47,766 nt of DNA from IMG/VR virus record IMGVR_UViG_2541047895_000008, positions 1-47,766 of that record; one strand, 5' to 3'. The stretch's first letter is position 1; each line of letters opens with the position of its first letter. A program made the translations under genes and the position numbers. Under the pieces are notes generated by a model. The model did no database searches, was not told the origin of the DNA, and saw nothing but the letters and a program-made list of their open reading frames with translations. The stretch comes from a virus. Its lineage: Duplodnaviria; Heunggongvirae; Uroviricota; Caudoviricetes. Shown here in pieces: positions 45,709 through 47,766 of this stretch.

Positions 45709-46733
45709 TGGGAAGACGAAGGAAAAATCCTGAACACGAAAAATTACCTCCAAATGTATACCCAAATAAATATAGTTATGTATGGAAACCAACATCCAGA
45801 GAATCTGTAACACTAACCGCCATCAAGGATGGTTTAGCTGCTTTATGGAAAAAGTATGAGGAAACTGTAAATAATCGCGATCGTGCAATGACATTCGGTC
45901 GCTTGTGGGAAAAATTCCTCGCCAGCGCCTATTACAGTGACCTCAGTCCAAGAACACAAAAAGATTATCTGCAACATCAAAAAAAGTTGCTTGCCGTATT
46001 CGGTAAGGTGCCGGCAGATTCCATAAAACCAGAACACATCCGTCGATACATGGACAAGAGAGGGGAGCAGAGTAAAACGCAAGCCAACCATGAAAAAAGC
46101 AGTATGTCCCGCGTTTACAGTTGGGGGTATGAGCGAGGGTACGTGAAGGGTAACCCATGTGCAGGTGTAAGTAAATTCAAGGCCAAAAACCGCGAACGAT
46201 ATGTAACCGACAAAGAATACCAGGCAGTATTAAGCGTTGCACCTCTTCCTGTTTTTATCGCAATGGAAATTGCCTATCTGTGTGCAGCGAGGGTTTCCGA
46301 TGTGTTATCGCTGAAATGGGAGCAGATTGGAAACGACGGGATCTTTATCCAGCAAGGGAAAACAGGAAAAAAACAGATAAAAGCATGGAGTCCACGATTA
46401 CAGGCGGCGATCGAAAAAGCAAAACAGTTACCAACATCCGCCTATGTAATCAGCAATCAATACGGCAACCGATATATGTACAAAGGCTTTAACGAAATGT
46501 GGGTAGAAGCAAGAAATCGCGCAGGCAAAATTTCAGGTATTTTAACCGACTTCACCTTTCATGATCTGAAGGCGAAAGGAATTTCAGACTATGAAGGAAG
46601 CAGTCGGGATAAGCAACTTTTCTCTGGTCACAAAACCGAGGGGCAAGTGCTAATCTATGACAGGAAGGTTAAAGTTTCACCGACACTTGATGTCCCGTTA
46701 CCTGAAAATATTCCAAGAAAATATTCCAAGTAA
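45708..46733 (+). CDS. int: Tyrosine integrase (lambda Int family)
   Basis: 341 aa; C-terminal catalytic region ..FTFHDLKAKG..SGHKTEGQVLIYDR..; adjacent to the tRNA-Ser attachment target. Confidence 0.85.
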   Translation: MGRRRKNPEHEKLPPNVYPNKYSYVWKPTSRESVTLTAIKDGLAALWKKYEETVNNRDRAMTFGRLWEKFLASAYYSDLSPRTQKDYLQHQKKLLAVFGKVPADSIKPEHIRRYMDKRGEQSKTQANHEKSSMSRVYSWGYERGYVKGNPCAGVSKFKAKNRERYVTDKEYQAVLSVAPLPVFIAMEIAYLCAARVSDVLSLKWEQIGNDGIFIQQGKTGKKQIKAWSPRLQAAIEKAKQLPTSAYVISNQYGNRYMYKGFNEMWVEARNRAGKISGILTDFTFHDLKAKGISDYEGSSRDKQLFSGHKTEGQVLIYDRKVKVSPTLDVPLPENIPRKYSK

Positions 46734-46785
46734 TTCCAAGTGTGATTTTTGTCACTGACTTAATGATGTATAAGTGATTGAATTT

Positions 46786-46875
46786 TGGCGGAGAGAGGGG
46801 GATTTGAACCCCCGGTGGAGTTGCCCCCACTCCGGTTTTCGAGACCGGTCCGTTCAACCGCTCCGGCATCTCTCC
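46786..46875 (-). tRNA. serU: tRNA-Ser (anticodon CGA), serU-like; prophage attachment target
   Basis: GGAGAGAUGCCGGAGCGG...GGUCUCGAAAACC...long variable arm...GGUUCAAAUCCCCCUCUCUCCGCCA, 90 nt. Confidence 0.85.
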
Positions 46876-46967
46876 GTTCAGATGGTTGCCATGATGCCAG
46901 GAAATTTGGCATTTTAACAGTCCCTGTCCGTGCAATTTTGTTCAAGTGACGAGTTTGCGAGCAAAAC

Positions 46968-47766
46968 GATGATTAAGTGGCCCTGGAAAGTACAAGAATC
47001 AGCACATCAAACTGCCCTTCCCTGGCAGGAAGCACTATCGATCCCCCTTTTAACGTGTCTGACAGAACAGGAACAAAGCAAATTAGTCGCTCTTGCCGAA
47101 CGTTTTTTACAACAAAAACGGCTTGTTCCTTTACAGGGCTTTGAGCTGAATTCATTAAGAAGCTGCCGGATAGCACTTCTATTTTGCCTGCCCGTTCTGG
47201 AGTTAGGACTGGAATGGCTGGATGGTTTTCATGAAGTCTTAATTTATCCTGCGCCATTTGTGGTCGATGATGAATGGGAAGACGATGTCGGTCTGGTGCA
47301 TAACCAACGTATTGTTCAGTCAGGTCAGAGCTGGCAGCAAGGGCCTATCGTTTTGAACTGGTTGGATATACAAGATTCTTTTGATGCTTCTGGTTTTAAC
47401 CTGATTATTCATGAAGTCGCTCATAAGCTGGACACCCGTAACGGCGATCGCGCCAGCGGAGTTCCCTTTATTTCGTTGCGTGAGGTTGCTGGCTGGGAAC
47501 ACGATCTTCATGCTGCAATGAACAACATTCAGGAAGAAATCGAATTAGTTGGTGAGAATGCGGCGAGCATTGATGCTTATGCTGCCAGTGATCCTGCTGA
47601 ATGTTTTGCCGTACTTTCTGAATATTTCTTTAGCGCCCCAGAACTTTTTGCTCCTCGTTTCCCTTCATTGTGGCAACGTTTCTGTCAATTTTATCAACAA
47701 GATCCTTTGCAGAGACTGCATCACGCTAATGATACAGACTCGTTTTCGGCGACGAATGTTCATTAA
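46968..47766 (+). CDS. mtfA: MtfA (Mlc titration factor A) zinc peptidase, chromosomal flank
   Basis: [31 protein letters not shown]...HEVAHKLD... matches E. coli MtfA; the ORF-track start at 46930 is an upstream extension. Confidence 0.85.

Overview
The window covers almost all of a lambda-like, Stx-phage-type prophage that carries no stx genes, integrated at the serU tRNA-Ser gene next to chromosomal mtfA (Escherichia-like host, probably an attaching/effacing lineage, by inference). Int and the early-left operon are on the + strand; everything from the cro-like gene through the tail is on the - strand. Reading the - strand from high to low coordinates: cI-like/cro-like switch with shared operator motifs, a YdaT-like gene, a replication initiator gene containing iteron-like repeats, an IS110-family insertion, a YjaB-like GNAT plus XRE-cupin regulator pair, a hok toxin locus, DUF968, rusA, a Q-like gene with a tR'-like terminator, three phage tRNAs (Ile-CAU, Arg-UCG, Arg-UCU), a disrupted TerB-like ORF where stx would sit, nanS-p, an S21-like pinholin / SAR endolysin / Rz-Rz1 lysis cassette, a PerC-like regulator, a lambda-identical cos site, a complete lambda-type head and tail module (Nu1 to J, with the G-T -1 frameshift site), a sodC moron, lom, a collagen-like side tail fiber, and finally a type III effector locus (intact nleB2-like gene, nleC remnant, frameshifted nleH). 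The items most worth follow-up are the decaying effector cassette with its 45-bp direct repeats, a ~550-bp ORF-free structured segment in the early-left operon, the IS110 element with candidate bridge-RNA flanks, and the iterons. Several gene disruptions sit in homopolymer runs, so assembly error must be excluded. No CRISPR array, rRNA or Shiga toxin gene was found. All calls are from reading the sequence and the ORF track against remembered protein families; no database search was run.
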